Shown here: piece after piece, positions 39,565 through 51,099 of the stretch
Numbering within the stretch: the first letter of the stretch is position 1
How the letters are laid out: the number at the start of each line of letters is the position of its first letter
Source of the DNA: Raillietiella orientalis
Lineage: Eukaryota
Direction: 5' to 3'
NCBI GenBank assembly: GCA_036172245.1
Contig: JAYWIR010000051.1
Span: 248,001-312,000, forward strand
DNA length: 64,000 nt
Program-made: the position numbers and the translations under genes
Notes under the pieces: model-generated
Told to the model about the DNA's origin: nothing
Databases searched by the model: none
What the model saw: the letters and a program-made list of their open reading frames with translations, nothing else

Positions 39565-42500
39565 ATGCCATCTGTAAGAGGAGATGGTATGAGAGGCTTG
39601 GCTGTTTTTATTTCTGATCTTCGAAATTGTTAGTAGCAATGCATATTAATGATAATATTTAGTCTCATCTCAGGTAAAAGCAAGGAAGCAGAAATTAAAC
39701 GTATCAATAAGGAATTAGCTAATATTAGGAGCAAATTCAAAGTGGACAAAAATTTGGATGGCTATCAGAAAAAAAAATATGTCTGCAAGCTCCTGTTTAT
39801 GTTTCTTCTGGGTCATGACATTGATTTTGGCCACATGGAAGCAGTTAATTTACTGTCATCAAACAAATATACCGAGAAACAAATTGTAAGGACATATTTG
39901 TGATAAATTGTAGTTTAATCCAAGTATATACAAAACATCTTAAATTTGATTGTTGTTCCACCTTAAAATTGCAGTTTATTAATATTTGTAAATCAGTTTG
40001 TAAATCAGAGCTGCTTCATTCAGATAGATATATGTGAATATATATCTATACCTATATATCTGATATATATGTAATGCTCCGATTTCTATGAATCCACCTT
40101 TACTAATTGTAGCTTGTTTGTAAATAATGAAGCTCATGAATATTTAAATGGTTTCATTAAAAGAGGATTTATCACATCCTAATTTTTCTACAAATTTGCA
40201 GTTTGGACCAAATCTCTTAGGTTTAGATTCTTTATCATAGTGCTGAATGAGAGTAAATTGGCATAGAGTAATTATTATCTAGCACATAATGTATGAGCGA
40301 GAACTCGAGAAACTTTCTATAAATAACTGTCTGCTTAACACTGTTAATTAGTATGCTTGAAGACCTGCCTAGTTTTTTTCTGTGAGTGATTTTTAACAGC
40401 TTGAATTTGAAACAAGCTAATTAAATAACTGGCTAGGTGCTTGAGTGAACCACTTGAGTAATCTTCTATGCATAGTGTAAAGTGAATATGTTTTGGTGTT
40501 TTCAATTTTTTTTTTTTTATACTTGCAGGGTTACTTGTTTATCTCTGTGCTGGTAAACACCAACAGTGATCTCATGAAACTGGTTATCCAAAGCATCAAA
40601 AATGATTTCACTTCTGGCAATTTAATCCATGTTAATTTAGCTTTACAGTGCATTGCCAATATTGGCAGTCAAGAGATGGCTGAAACCTTTGGCAAGGACA
40701 TAGCAAAGCTTCTGGTTTCTGGGTAAGAAGATATGTAGGAACTTATTGATGGCTGTTTTTGATTCAGTGATACTTTGGATGTGGTGAAACAGTCAGCTGC
40801 ACTTTGTCTGCTCCGCCTGTTTAGGACCAATGAAGATATCATTCCAGGTGGTGAATGGACATCTCGGGTCATCCACTTATTAAATGATCAACATCTTGGT
40901 GTGGTTACAGCAGCTACCAGCTTGATTGATGCTCTTGTTAAAAAAAATCCTGAAGAGTACAAGGGCTGTGTGAGCTTAGCTATTTCTCGGCTCAGTCGCA
41001 TTGTCACTTCCAGTTACACTGACCTACAAGATTACACATATTATTTTGTACCAGCTCCATGGCTGTCTGTTAAACTGTTGAGATTACTTCAAAATTATCC
41101 TCCACCAACAGAAGTGGGATTGCACGGCCGTTTGAATGAATGCCTAGAAGCTATCTTAAACAAAGCACAGGAGCCCCCAAAGTCCAAAAAAGTACAGCAT
41201 TCCAATGCCAAAAACGCTGTGCTTTTTGAAGCTATCAGTCTGATCATTCATGCAGATAGTGAACCAGCATTGCTGGTGCGTGCTTGCAACCAGTTGGGAC
41301 AGTTTCTGATCCACAGGGAAACGAATTTGCGTTATTTGGCACTTGAAAGCATGTGCCTTTTAGCTACTTCCGAATTCAGTAATGATGCCGTCAAAAAACA
41401 TCTGGAAACAGTGGTCAGTGCACTCAAGGTAAGGTGTGTTTCGAGACAGCCCTGTACAGCATTCCACTTAGACGGAACGTGATGTGAGTGTTCGGCAGCG
41501 TGCTGTTGATCTGTTATATGCTATGTGTGATCGCAGTAATGCAGAACAAATCGTGCAAGAGATGCTCAGTTATCTTGAAACAGCTGACTATTCTATCAGA
41601 GAGGAGATGGTGAGTGAAGCTGTTCTTAGATTAAGCATGTAACTGTGGAACAGGTATTGAAAGTGGCTATTTTGGCTGAAAAATACTCATCTGATTACAC
41701 ATGGTATGTGGACGTTATTCTGAATCTGATTCGTATTGCTGGTGACTATGTGAGTGATGAAGTTTGGTTTCGTGTCATTCAGATAGTCATCAGTCGGGAG
41801 GATGTTCAAGGATATGCTGCAAAAACTGTTTTTGAGGTGTGTCTTCATTTTGCCCATTAACTTTGTAATGTCTGCCAAAGGCATTACAGGCAACTGCCTG
41901 TCATGAAAACATGGTCAAGGTGGGAGGATATATTCTGGGCGAATTTGGCAATCTAATTGCTGGAGACAAGAGATCTGCTCCTCTAGTGCAGTTCCAGCTG
42001 CTCCATTCCAAGTACCACTTGTGCTCTTTACCCACCAGAGCTCTGCTACTTAGCACTTACATCAAGTTCATCAATTTGTTCCCTGAGATAAGAACATCTG
42101 TCCAGGCTGTGCTGCAGGCTGATTCGAATTTGCGTTGCTCCGATGTAGAGGTACAGCAGCGCTCTTCAGAATATTTGCAGCTGAGCAAGTTGTGCAGCAC
42201 TGATTTTCTGGTTGGTTGCACTGTTTGATTTTTCGAGTTGGCATCAAATGCTTCAGGCTACGGTATTGGAAGAAATGCCACCTTTCCCAGAGAGGGAATC
42301 TGCTATCCAAGCCAAGCTCAAGAAGAAAAAACCAGGAGAGGCGGTAGAGAATGAGCACGCAGAAGTGCTAGCAAGAGAGCCAGATGTACATTCATCCCCA
42401 TTACCTTCAGATCAGAAACAAGCTGATCTACTGGGTCTGGGCCCTTCTCAATCCGAGCCATCTAACATTCCACAGGCAAATGGTCCATCTGGATTCTCTT

Positions 42501-43300
42501 TGCTCCTTACCAATTTACCTGAGAATTTGAAAAAGTGGGTATTTATCTTATGCTGACGATCACAAAGCTTGTGGCAGGCTTGTATGCAGAAATAATGGTA
42601 TTTTGTATGAAAATGATCTGATCCAAGTTGGTGTTAAGTCGGAATTCCGCCAGAAGATGGGCCATCTGAATCTGTTCTATGGAAACAAGACAGTTCTACC
42701 TCTTCTGCAGTTTATTCCGAGCATTAGTAGCACCCCTGAGCTTCTTATCCAAGCACAGGGAGTTGGGGTCATTCTGGCTGCAGGCTCTCAGGTCCAGCAA
42801 ACGATTAGGGTGGAATGCCTCAAGGAGTTCAGCAATAGACCATTGTTATCCTTGACATTTACTTATGGGAGTGTCCCACAGGCTTTGGAATTGCCCTTGC
42901 CTGTCACCATCAACAAGTTTTTCGAACCAACAACCATGAATTCCGAAATATTTTTCACGCGATGGAAAAATTTGAGCAGGTTCGTACCAAGGCTGGTTGT
43001 TTTCCATTCTGCTTTAGCCCTGCTCAAGAAGCACAGAAAATATTCAAAGCCACACAACCCATGGATGCAGGGGCAACCTCTGGCAAACTCACAGGATTTG
43101 GGGTTCAGCTTCTTGAAGGCGTCGACCCTAATGCCGAAAATTTTGTTGGTGCTGGCATCATACACACTCAGAAACAGCCCATTGGCTGTTTGCTCCGTCT
43201 GGAGCCAAATACTCAGGCCCAGATGTACCGGTTAACCATACGTACCAGTGTGGAATCTGTTTCCAGACAACTGTGTGATTTGCTGACAGCTCAGTTCTGA
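39565..43300 (+). CDS. AP2A: AP-2 complex subunit alpha (alpha-adaptin), 10 coding exons, 914 aa
   Basis: Exons 39565-39628, 39674-39885, 40529-40722, 40768-41428, 41472-41609, 41654-41836, 41881-42210, 42257-42534, 42578-42979, 43018-43300 (2745 nt, in frame). Starts [44 protein letters not shown], contains [17 protein letters not shown] and [15 protein letters not shown], and ends in the ear domain [22 protein letters not shown]...LTAQF. AATAAA at 43491. Confidence 0.98.
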
Positions 43301-43649
43301 TTCCATCGAATTTACTCCTTAGCTTTAGGCAACATTCCATTATGCTGTACAATGAAATGAACTAAACTGTGTATTGTACTTCTTGTTTTCGCCTCCATAG
43401 TAAGGACTTTGATATATGTGAAGCTCATTGAAGTAATTGACTCTAAAAAATATCTCAAATATCTCTCAGTGCTGTTTCTGTTGATTATTGAATAAATGTT
43501 TCTACACAGTAAAATGAAAATGTATTACACCACCAAAATCGCTTGCATGGTGGACATAAAGAAGAAAAATTGACGTTTAAATCCAAACTAAGGAATAAAT
43601 AAATGATATATTTCAAAGTTTAAGCAGTTGTAGACTTCTATTAAGCTGA

Positions 43650-45000
43650 CCGTTCAAGCGTTCGGGTGGAATCTATCCAAATAGCTTGTGCGTACAAGCT
43701 CCAGGTCTTCTTGGCAGACGGTGGTAAGGTCCTCCCCTCCACCGGATTCGATCTTTTTCCGCAGTCCTGACCCGGTTACTCGAGCGGAGCGGTTCTGCCG
43801 GGCCGGTTGTCTTCCCGACGAATCTTCGCTGCTCGCGATGTCAACCGAGCAGCTTGCACGCTCACGTCAGGCACGCATTGCCAATGACCCCCGCGTGCTG
43901 CTGAAGTCCATTTCGGTTTTGATTCTTCTCTGTCCTCCAGTGTCCATCCTCGCGAGCCAGGCACTCAGGTGGCGGCGTTTTTGGAATGCCGCGCTCGTGC
44001 GTCCAACGTATCTCCTGCCTGCCCATCTTTGATCCCGTTAAGATGTGCTCAGCGTTGCCAACTTGGACGTTCGTTTGCACTAAGAAAGAGAGACCGCCGG
44101 TCCCTACAATCTTGCTGCCCTGCAACTTTGGTGATTCTTCCCCGGTGCAGTCGGTCGGTCTCCAGGGTGCGAGGACGACGGCTCTAGTGGAAGCCAGAGC
44201 GTCTAGGGCAATATGGGGCACTTAGAGCGGAAGGATCGCAGAGATTCGCTCCCCCAACCCCGGCCTGCAGCAGACGTGGAGGACCCCAATCGCTCGATCT
44301 AAATACTCAAAAGTCATACTCTGGTCTGGTCTCGGCAACAGCCCTATTTCTGTCAAGAAGTTCAGACGCAGGAGCAGGGGCATCTGCACTTCTTCCTTGG
44401 TCACTGCTTCCACGGACGACCATCCGGAGAACACCACCTCCAACACGTAGGGTATCGATCGAATGGCCCTCTTCACGGGGAAACGAACCTCCCTTCGAGG
44501 AGCAGGTGCTCCAGAGGAGCTCGCGCAGCGTCCCCGAAGCTGGAAGAAGCCATCCGGACGAATCTCGCCGATTCGTTCCTGCCGTTCCCGCAAGAGCACC
44601 CAGGGAAAGCGCAGCACCTCCCTACTTGGAGATGGAAGCTGAGTGCGGAGCACTTCGGGCCGGAAAGGCCGTACGTGGATGCCTGCTGCAGAGCTGCATC
44701 CTAGCTTCGTGTGCTCGACCCGCGAGATGCACGGGCGGTCGGTTTCCTTCCCCTTCTTGCGGGCAAAGCAGGAGGTTCGTTTCAGCATGCAGGGGTAGTC
44801 CTCGTCACCCTGGGTTCGTCTCCATATTGAGGAGAGCAGCCAGTGGGCGGTTTTCTAGGCCGGAGGCGGGTGCTTCCGGCGGAGGGCGAAGGGGGACGAC
44901 CGCGGAGGGGCTCCCAAGGACGAGGAAGAACGGCTGCGCCGAAGAGCCTCCAAGGAAGACGAGTACTCCCTTCGCCCGTGGGATCGTCGCCGTGTTGCCC
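43650..45000 (-). mobile_element. Degenerate LTR retrotransposon remnant, protease followed directly by integrase (Ty1/Copia-like order)
   Basis: ORF 44222..44788(-): KLGCSSAAG (~DxGCSxTVAG), EVRFPV, MPLLLRLNFLTEIGL (~IPLLLGxxFLxxxG; aspartic protease C-terminus). Then EIRWTHERG (pre-integrase His region) and AIWIDSTRT at ~43660-43686 (~xIDxxTR), with no RT in between. Confidence 0.45.
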
Positions 45001-46100
45001 GTGGGAGGTCTTCGAGACCCCCTTTTCCCCCCTGGAAGCCACCGCCCGTTCCGACTGGCATCCGCAGGTGCGTGAAGAGTTTTCTCCGACCGACCGCTGG
45101 GACGCCACCTCAGCGCTGAGATAGGCGGAGAGGCACTCCGATCGAAAGGTAGAAGCGGGGGAGGAGGCGGACCCCCTGCCAGAACATGTGGTTCCGAGAT
45201 CGGGAAGAGGACCCTCCCTGGTGGATGGCACACCTCCCTACCGGCACGCACCGGAGAGGAGGAGCGAGTCGGACTGGTGGCGCGCGGAGCTGGCCGCCAA
45301 TCTCTCCCCTGAGAACCGCAGCGGAATGTTTCGAGGGGGGGGGGCGATATCGCCCCCCCGGATCGCGGACCCCATCTGCGGGAGGCTCCTGGCGGGACCG
45401 GGAGGGACGGCGGAGCCGCCTCGGGGTGGTTCTCCTCGGTGGGCGCAAGCTAGCTCCCCGCAGTGCCTCCTGGCGGGAGGACAGAGGTTGCTAAAACTCC
45501 CTTTCTCTCTTCCTCCTCCTCCTCCCCCGTTTCCCCCTCTTCGCGCGGATCTCCCCCAGCGGGTCTCCCCACTCACCCCTCCCCTCGGACGGCGACCTCA
45601 GAGCGGAAGTCCTCCGCGAAAGTCCAGTCCGAGCACTTCCGGGGAACCGGGAAAGGATCGGTGGCGACTACGATTCGCGTAGAGATCTTCACACCGCCCC
45701 ACGGCCGGTTGTCCCCTCCCTGCTCGCCGTCTCCGGCTGGAGAGGATGGCGGGCAAGAGTTGTCAGATGCCGTCTCGGGCTGCATGGAGCAGCGCCGCGT
45801 GAAATGTGCGCGCTGCGTGCTTTCCGGGTGATTCGAATTCGCCTGTCCCCCAGGTTGATGAGGGAGGATCTTCCCTGTCCCTCGCTCCCACCTTCGTCCT
45901 GCCATCGCGCCTCTCCCAGGGGGCGGCGTTCCCTCGGCGTGGCGCGGCCGCTAATTCCATCGGGGGGACTTCCACTTCCCCCCGCTTCCCTGAGGCGATC
46001 CCAGGGTGAAGGGACCATACCCCACTCTCGCCCTCTCTCCCACGCCTGGCGGCGGGAAGAGGGAGGAAAGTGCACAACGGCAGATACTTTGATCCCAGCT

Positions 46101-46139
46101 TACTCCACTTTGATCTTAGCCAAAAGGCCGAGAAGCGAT
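46101..46139 (-). pseudogene. U2: U2 snRNA 5' fragment (truncated pseudogene)
   Basis: Minus strand from 46139 reads ATCGCTTCTCGGCCTTTTGGCTAAGATCAAAGTG (34 nt, the conserved U2 5' end), then GAGTA instead of TAGTA. The Sm site and 3' stem-loops are absent. Confidence 0.92.
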
Positions 46140-46352
46140 TGGCCGTCACCTTGGGATCAAAGTGACTCGAGGTCTTCCTGTGAGATTCCCAGCAGCTCAC
46201 CCCAGCGCAATAGTCCTTTCGGTGTGGCACTCGGGGTCGCAGCGGCAGGAGACCTCTGTAATGCCGCGGGCTCTGTCCGTCCGTCCGTGCGGTAAAGCGG
46301 GGAGTCGGTAGGGGAGGGGAAGGGGGAGGAGGAGGAGGGGTGGAGTCTGGGG

Positions 46353-49300
46353 TCACAGTGGCACATCCTTGTACCTCTGCGACCCCTCGCTCTCCGTGTC
46401 CAGCGAGCTCAGACTGCTGTCCTTCTTCTTCCTCCCGGAGGCGGGGCAGCCGCCGGCGCCGCCCGCCAGAGCCAGGTCTTCCACGCTGGAGCAGCGCAGC
46501 TTCCGCAGGAAGCGACGGTCCAGGCTCCGCGTGCACAGGTCCAGGACGGAGGCAGGGGAGGAGCAGCGGTCCGTGGCGGCGGCGGCGGCGGCGTAGGGCA
46601 GCAGCGCCGCACGCGGACGGAAGCTGAAGCTCCTTCTGGGGAAAGCGTCTGCGGCGTGCCGCGCCGCAGGGGCGTCCAGCCAACCCTCCTCGAGCGCGAT
46701 GGGACCGAATCCTCCTCCTCCGTAACCGCCTCCCATCCTGGGGAGGGAGTGGCTGCAGTAGAGGCCCGGAGCTCCCGGGAAGACGACGTTGCTGGAATGA
46801 GGAGAGCCTAGCCTGGGGGCGCCAGCCGAGGGGAAGTGGGGCGGGCGTTGTGTTCCTCCCCCTCTTCCTCGCCCGTCTTCCATCTCCAGAGGGCCCGATT
46901 CAGGGCGGGGCTTACCGCAGCGGGGGCAGCCTCTTGCCACACGGCGACAGGGACGCATCGTCCAGCCGGCAGAACCCCGGGTTGGTGTAGCAGCCGTCCG
47001 GGGTTTCCTCGGGAACGACCTGGACCGCTACGCTCCCGCTCTGCGCGTAGACTTCTTTCTGGAAAGCACGCCTCGGGGTGACGTTGTGCCGGTCATTACC
47101 CGGGGTCACCCTTCCCTTCCTCTCCCAGCGAAGGGGGGAGGGAGAAGGGAAAGAGACCAAAAATTCCCCTCCCCTCCCCCCCGGTCGCATGGAGGACGCG
47201 CCGGGGAACCGGAAAGAGGGCCCGGAGGCATCCGTGACCCCTCGGCGCAGCCGTCTGTCGGGGTGGGTGGGGGCTCGTCCTGCCTACCATCTTGATGTTG
47301 ATGACCTTCCCAGAGGGCAGGCCGCCGGCTCCGCTCCTCCAGCGGGCGTGCAGAGACTGCAGGCAGAGGATGCTCAGCACCTGGGGAAAGATGGTGGGTT
47401 GAGTCACCCCCCGGAGCGGGGCGAGCATGCGCACTCACGTTGCAGGAGGCCCGGAAGACGTAGAACAGCAGCTCCGCCATCCCGAAGACACTGTCGGCGT
47501 CCTGGAAGGGGAAGAGGCGCGCGAGTGGGGAGGAAAGGAAGTCACCTCCTGGGTTCAGGAGGGAAAGAGGGTCGTGACCTACCCGGTGGTAGAGGCTGAC
47601 GAACAGGACCATCCCGCACTCGGGGAAGAGGAGCATCGTCATGGCCAGCATCCACCTCAGCACGCACGTCCGCCTCCTCTGGAAAGGGCACCGGTGTGCG
47701 TGAGGCCCCTCTGGGCACGCAGGAGCGCACCTCCGTCTGGGGGGTCGGGACGCGACCGGGAAGCGTGGGGAGGCGGAGCGCATCATCTCTACGCGTCCGC
47801 CCTCCCGAGCATCGCCGTCGTCCTCAGAACGGCCCGCAGCATGCAGGTGGGCGCGGCCCCCCGGAAGGGCAGGCGATGCGCGCGTCACCTACCAGGCTGA
47901 GTCCGATGAGCAGGTTGATGGACATGACGACGATCAGTAAGTGGGCGGCGGCCAGGACGAACACAGGGGCGGGAAGCCTGCCTGGAAGGGAGAATGAGGG
48001 AACTCGGTCCCTTCCGGGGAACCCTGCCTCCGTGCGCGCAGCCCTCGCCCTTCATCCCCGTTTGCTCTCCGACTGTCCAAATGTTTCCACGAAAGGGTGC
48101 ATGCGCACAGGCGGCGGTTCGCGCATCCACCGCTAGATGGGGGGAAAGAGCGACGGCGGAGCCGAGAGCGCGGCGGTATCCCTCTCGGGAAAGCGGCGCT
48201 CCCCTCCAGCCCCCGTTCGCAAGCAAGGGATGGAAGGGGGTCAAGGGGAAAGGGGAATCATGCCGAGAAAATCAGGCCCCATCTTCCCTCTGGACTGACT
48301 GATGTTGGTGGCATCCGCTCCGCTAGGAAAGGAATGGTCTCCCCACTTGCGCGCGCACCGTCGTGTCAGATTCTGAGCGGGCAAGGAAGAGGGAAGGAGA
48401 TGGTGGGTGGAGTAGACCCACTGGAGGCGTGGCCATCTCTTTCTCCTCGTGGGTGTGGTGGGAGCGGCAGCTCCACCCACCTGCAGGTCGCCACCGCCAG
48501 AAAAGACCGCAGATTCCGACCGTCTCCGGGGACAACGGCGGCCGCTTCCAGGACGGTTGCTTCTTTCTGTCCGGGTCCGCCTCCACTCTCGGAGGCCTTT
48601 AGGGAGGGGGTCCTGAACGCTGCGCGACGGTCTGCAGGGAGGTCAAGGCTGGGAGTCGCTTCGTTGCTCGGAGAAGGAAGAGGGAGTCTCCCCTTGTGGA
48701 AAAACGGGGCGTCCCTCCCGCCCCCTCCCTCGGGCAGGAGCGCACACTCACCGCTCGTCTCCGCGATGCACCAGATCTCCATGGCCAGCGCCACCAGGTA
48801 GGCTACCTGGAAAGCAGCAGCAGCAGGTCGGTCAGGGGGTTGGTCATCTCGCCCCGCATTCCCGAGAACCTAAATCCCGGATCCAGCCCTAGGCCCTTCC
48901 GGGGAGAGAGCCCTTATTGGGGGGGCGAGAAACTCGAGGACGGGTTTGCGTGGCCTTGATGCGGCGAACAGCCACCCGGACCGGAACCCCCCTCAGCTCG
49001 CTCCAACCCTCCCTTGAGGAAGCTCCTGTCGTTCCTTGGAATGCTCGCGCTCCTCCCAGAGCCGCGCCGCCACCTCCCGGCATTCTCTCCTTGCCCCTCG
49101 CCTGGGACTCCGGGGGGCAGCCCTCAGTGCTCCTCGCCGAGTCGCCCTCGGTCACGGAAGTCATAGAAGCAGCGTGGGCAGGGGCGGGGAACCTCCCACT
49201 CACGCGCGCGTCGCCGCGTGCCTTCTGGGCATGTGAGCTGGTCGTCCAGGCTCGATCCGCGCACATGCACTCCCCCACGCGCACCTCCATTGGGGCACGC

Positions 49301-49821
49301 TGGGGCTGGGGTGCGTGATCGTGTGCTCTCGCGGGCGGAGTTCGCGGCGTGCGCGCGAGGAAGGGTCGGAGGGAAGGGAAAGCGGAGTGGGACCCCGGCG
49401 TCTGTTGGCTCCCCCTCCGCGAGCGGAACGCGAGCTCCGTCCGCGGCACGTGTGCCACCGCGGCACGCCGCGCTGCGGTCGTCCCTCGGCGCGTCTCCCT
49501 GGGACGCGCGCGCGGCTGCACGTGCGTCCACGGAAGCGCCTCTGGCCGACGAGGGGCGTGTCGCAACGACCGTGCGAGGGAGGGGGGGGGGGAACGGTGG
49601 GACTCCCTCGAGAGTGCCGTGGGAGAGTCCCCAGTTGACCGCGCGCGGTGCAGGGGGGAAGGGGAGTGCGAGCAAAGTGACCCTTCTCGATCGCAGGCGA
49701 CGGCGATTTCGGGACGATGCTGCAAGCGGGAGGGCAGGCGCCTTACCGTGGCGTACACTCCGGCGACGAAGGCGCCAGAGCGCAGGCTGCAGCAGAGGCA
49801 CCTGCGCAGCAGCGGCGGCAT
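46353..49821 (-). CDS. Uncharacterised four-transmembrane protein (LAPTM/DUF4728-like topology) with long cytoplasmic tail, 8 coding exons, 350 aa
   Basis: Exons (minus) 49821-49747, 48806-48752, 47981-47893, 47678-47583, 47501-47439, 47380-47288, 47058-46916, 46791-46353 (1053 nt, all GT-AG, phases consistent). Translation MPPLLRRCLCCSLRSGAFVAGVYATVAYLVALAMEIWCIAETSGRLPAPVFVLAAAHLLIVVMSINLLIGLSLRRRTCVLRWMLAMTMLLFPECGMVLFVSLYHRDADSVFGMAELLFYVFRASCNVLSILCLQSLH...TRSLDRR...QRYKDVPL: N-terminal Cys cluster plus four hydrophobic segments. Possible 5'-UTR intron 49910-49851. Confidence 0.85.
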
Positions 49822-51099
49822 GTCCTCCCCTCAGGGGCCGCGGGAGGCCGCTGCGGCGACGACCCAGCCGGCGCCGGCACGCTCTGCCACTCGTCGCCCC
49901 GCGTACTCACGGGCGAGTCGCACGCGGAGCACTGCGCGCCGTCGCGCTGCGTCGGTGCCACCGCCCCCGCACCGCCGCCGCCGCCGCCGCCCGCGGAGGA
50001 GGCCAAGGCGCACGCGCGCGCGTCGCCCGAGGGGATCCCGCGCGCGCGCGGCCGTTGCCGGAAGGAAGGCGCCCGCGGGGCACGGAGGCGGCGGAGCACC
50101 GGCGAGATCGCACAAGCCGCGCGCGGTCGGGAAGGCTGGCGGGAGGCTCCTCGGCCCCGAGGGAAGGTCGTGACCCTCCTCCTCCCCTTCCCGGCGGGGA
50201 GGGGAAAAACCCGGGGGGGGAGGGGGTATGGCGTGAGAACGGCCGTCACCTCTCCGAGGCTGCCCCCCTCTTGCCCCCTCTCCTCCTCCCTCTTCCCGCG
50301 CCCCGGCCGCTCCTCGTGGGAAGCGCCGCCGGGGTCGTCGCCCGGCGGACGGGTTCTGCCGGCAAAATCTGCCTTGGGGCGAGAGGTGGATGGGGTCTCT
50401 CCATCCCCTTCCCCCCTCGCGCGCCCCCCCGTACTGACCTTCCAAAAGGGGGGCTACCCCGCCCCCGCCAGAGGGATTGCACTTGGTTGCCTGCAGGGTG
50501 GCCTCCGGGAGGAACACAAGGGGCGGAAAGGGGGAGGTCGGGCACCGTCTCCTGGGGCCAGGCGCGCGAGGGAGGGCTGCGCTTCTCCGATGGCATCGCC
50601 AAGAGACGCGCGAATCCTCCTTCCCTCCCCCCTCCTGCCACCGCGCCAGCCTACCTCAGCGCCCCACGGGGAGAGGTCACCGACGCCCTGCAGCCACTCG
50701 CCTCCCCCTAGAGGGACGAGGAGGCAATGGGGGCACCCCTGCGTCAAGAGCGCCGGGGTCAACCCGGCCCGCCTCGAGGTCAGGCTGCCGCTGCGCTGGA
50801 GGGGTAAGGCGGCCGGCCAGGATGGTGCTCTTTGCCTCTCCCGGCGCCTGTAGGAACGGCGTACCGGAGAGTGCCAGTGGTCAATAGCGCGGTGGATACC
50901 CCGAGGCGTTTGGGGGGCCTCCTCTCTGATCCGCTTCGCCCGCCAATGCACGGAGATCCCCGCCGCAGTTCGTTGCCTAGGCGACGGGAGCAGCGGCACC
51001 GCGCAGTAGTCGGCCTCCCTGCAGGGCCTCTGCCGCCACCGGTTTCGGCCCGGGGGATGCCCCCTCCCGGGGACTGCTAAGGCGAAAAGCGGTCCAGCG

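Noticed and set aside
45338..45359. 22-nt perfect palindrome gggggggcgatatcgccccccc as a functional site
   Set aside because: Mostly G/C homopolymer in a GC-rich region; weak on its own and counted only within the general inverted-repeat pattern.
46101..46139. Functional U2 snRNA gene
   Set aside because: Only ~39 nt are present, the branch-recognition sequence is mutated, and the Sm site and 3' domain are missing.
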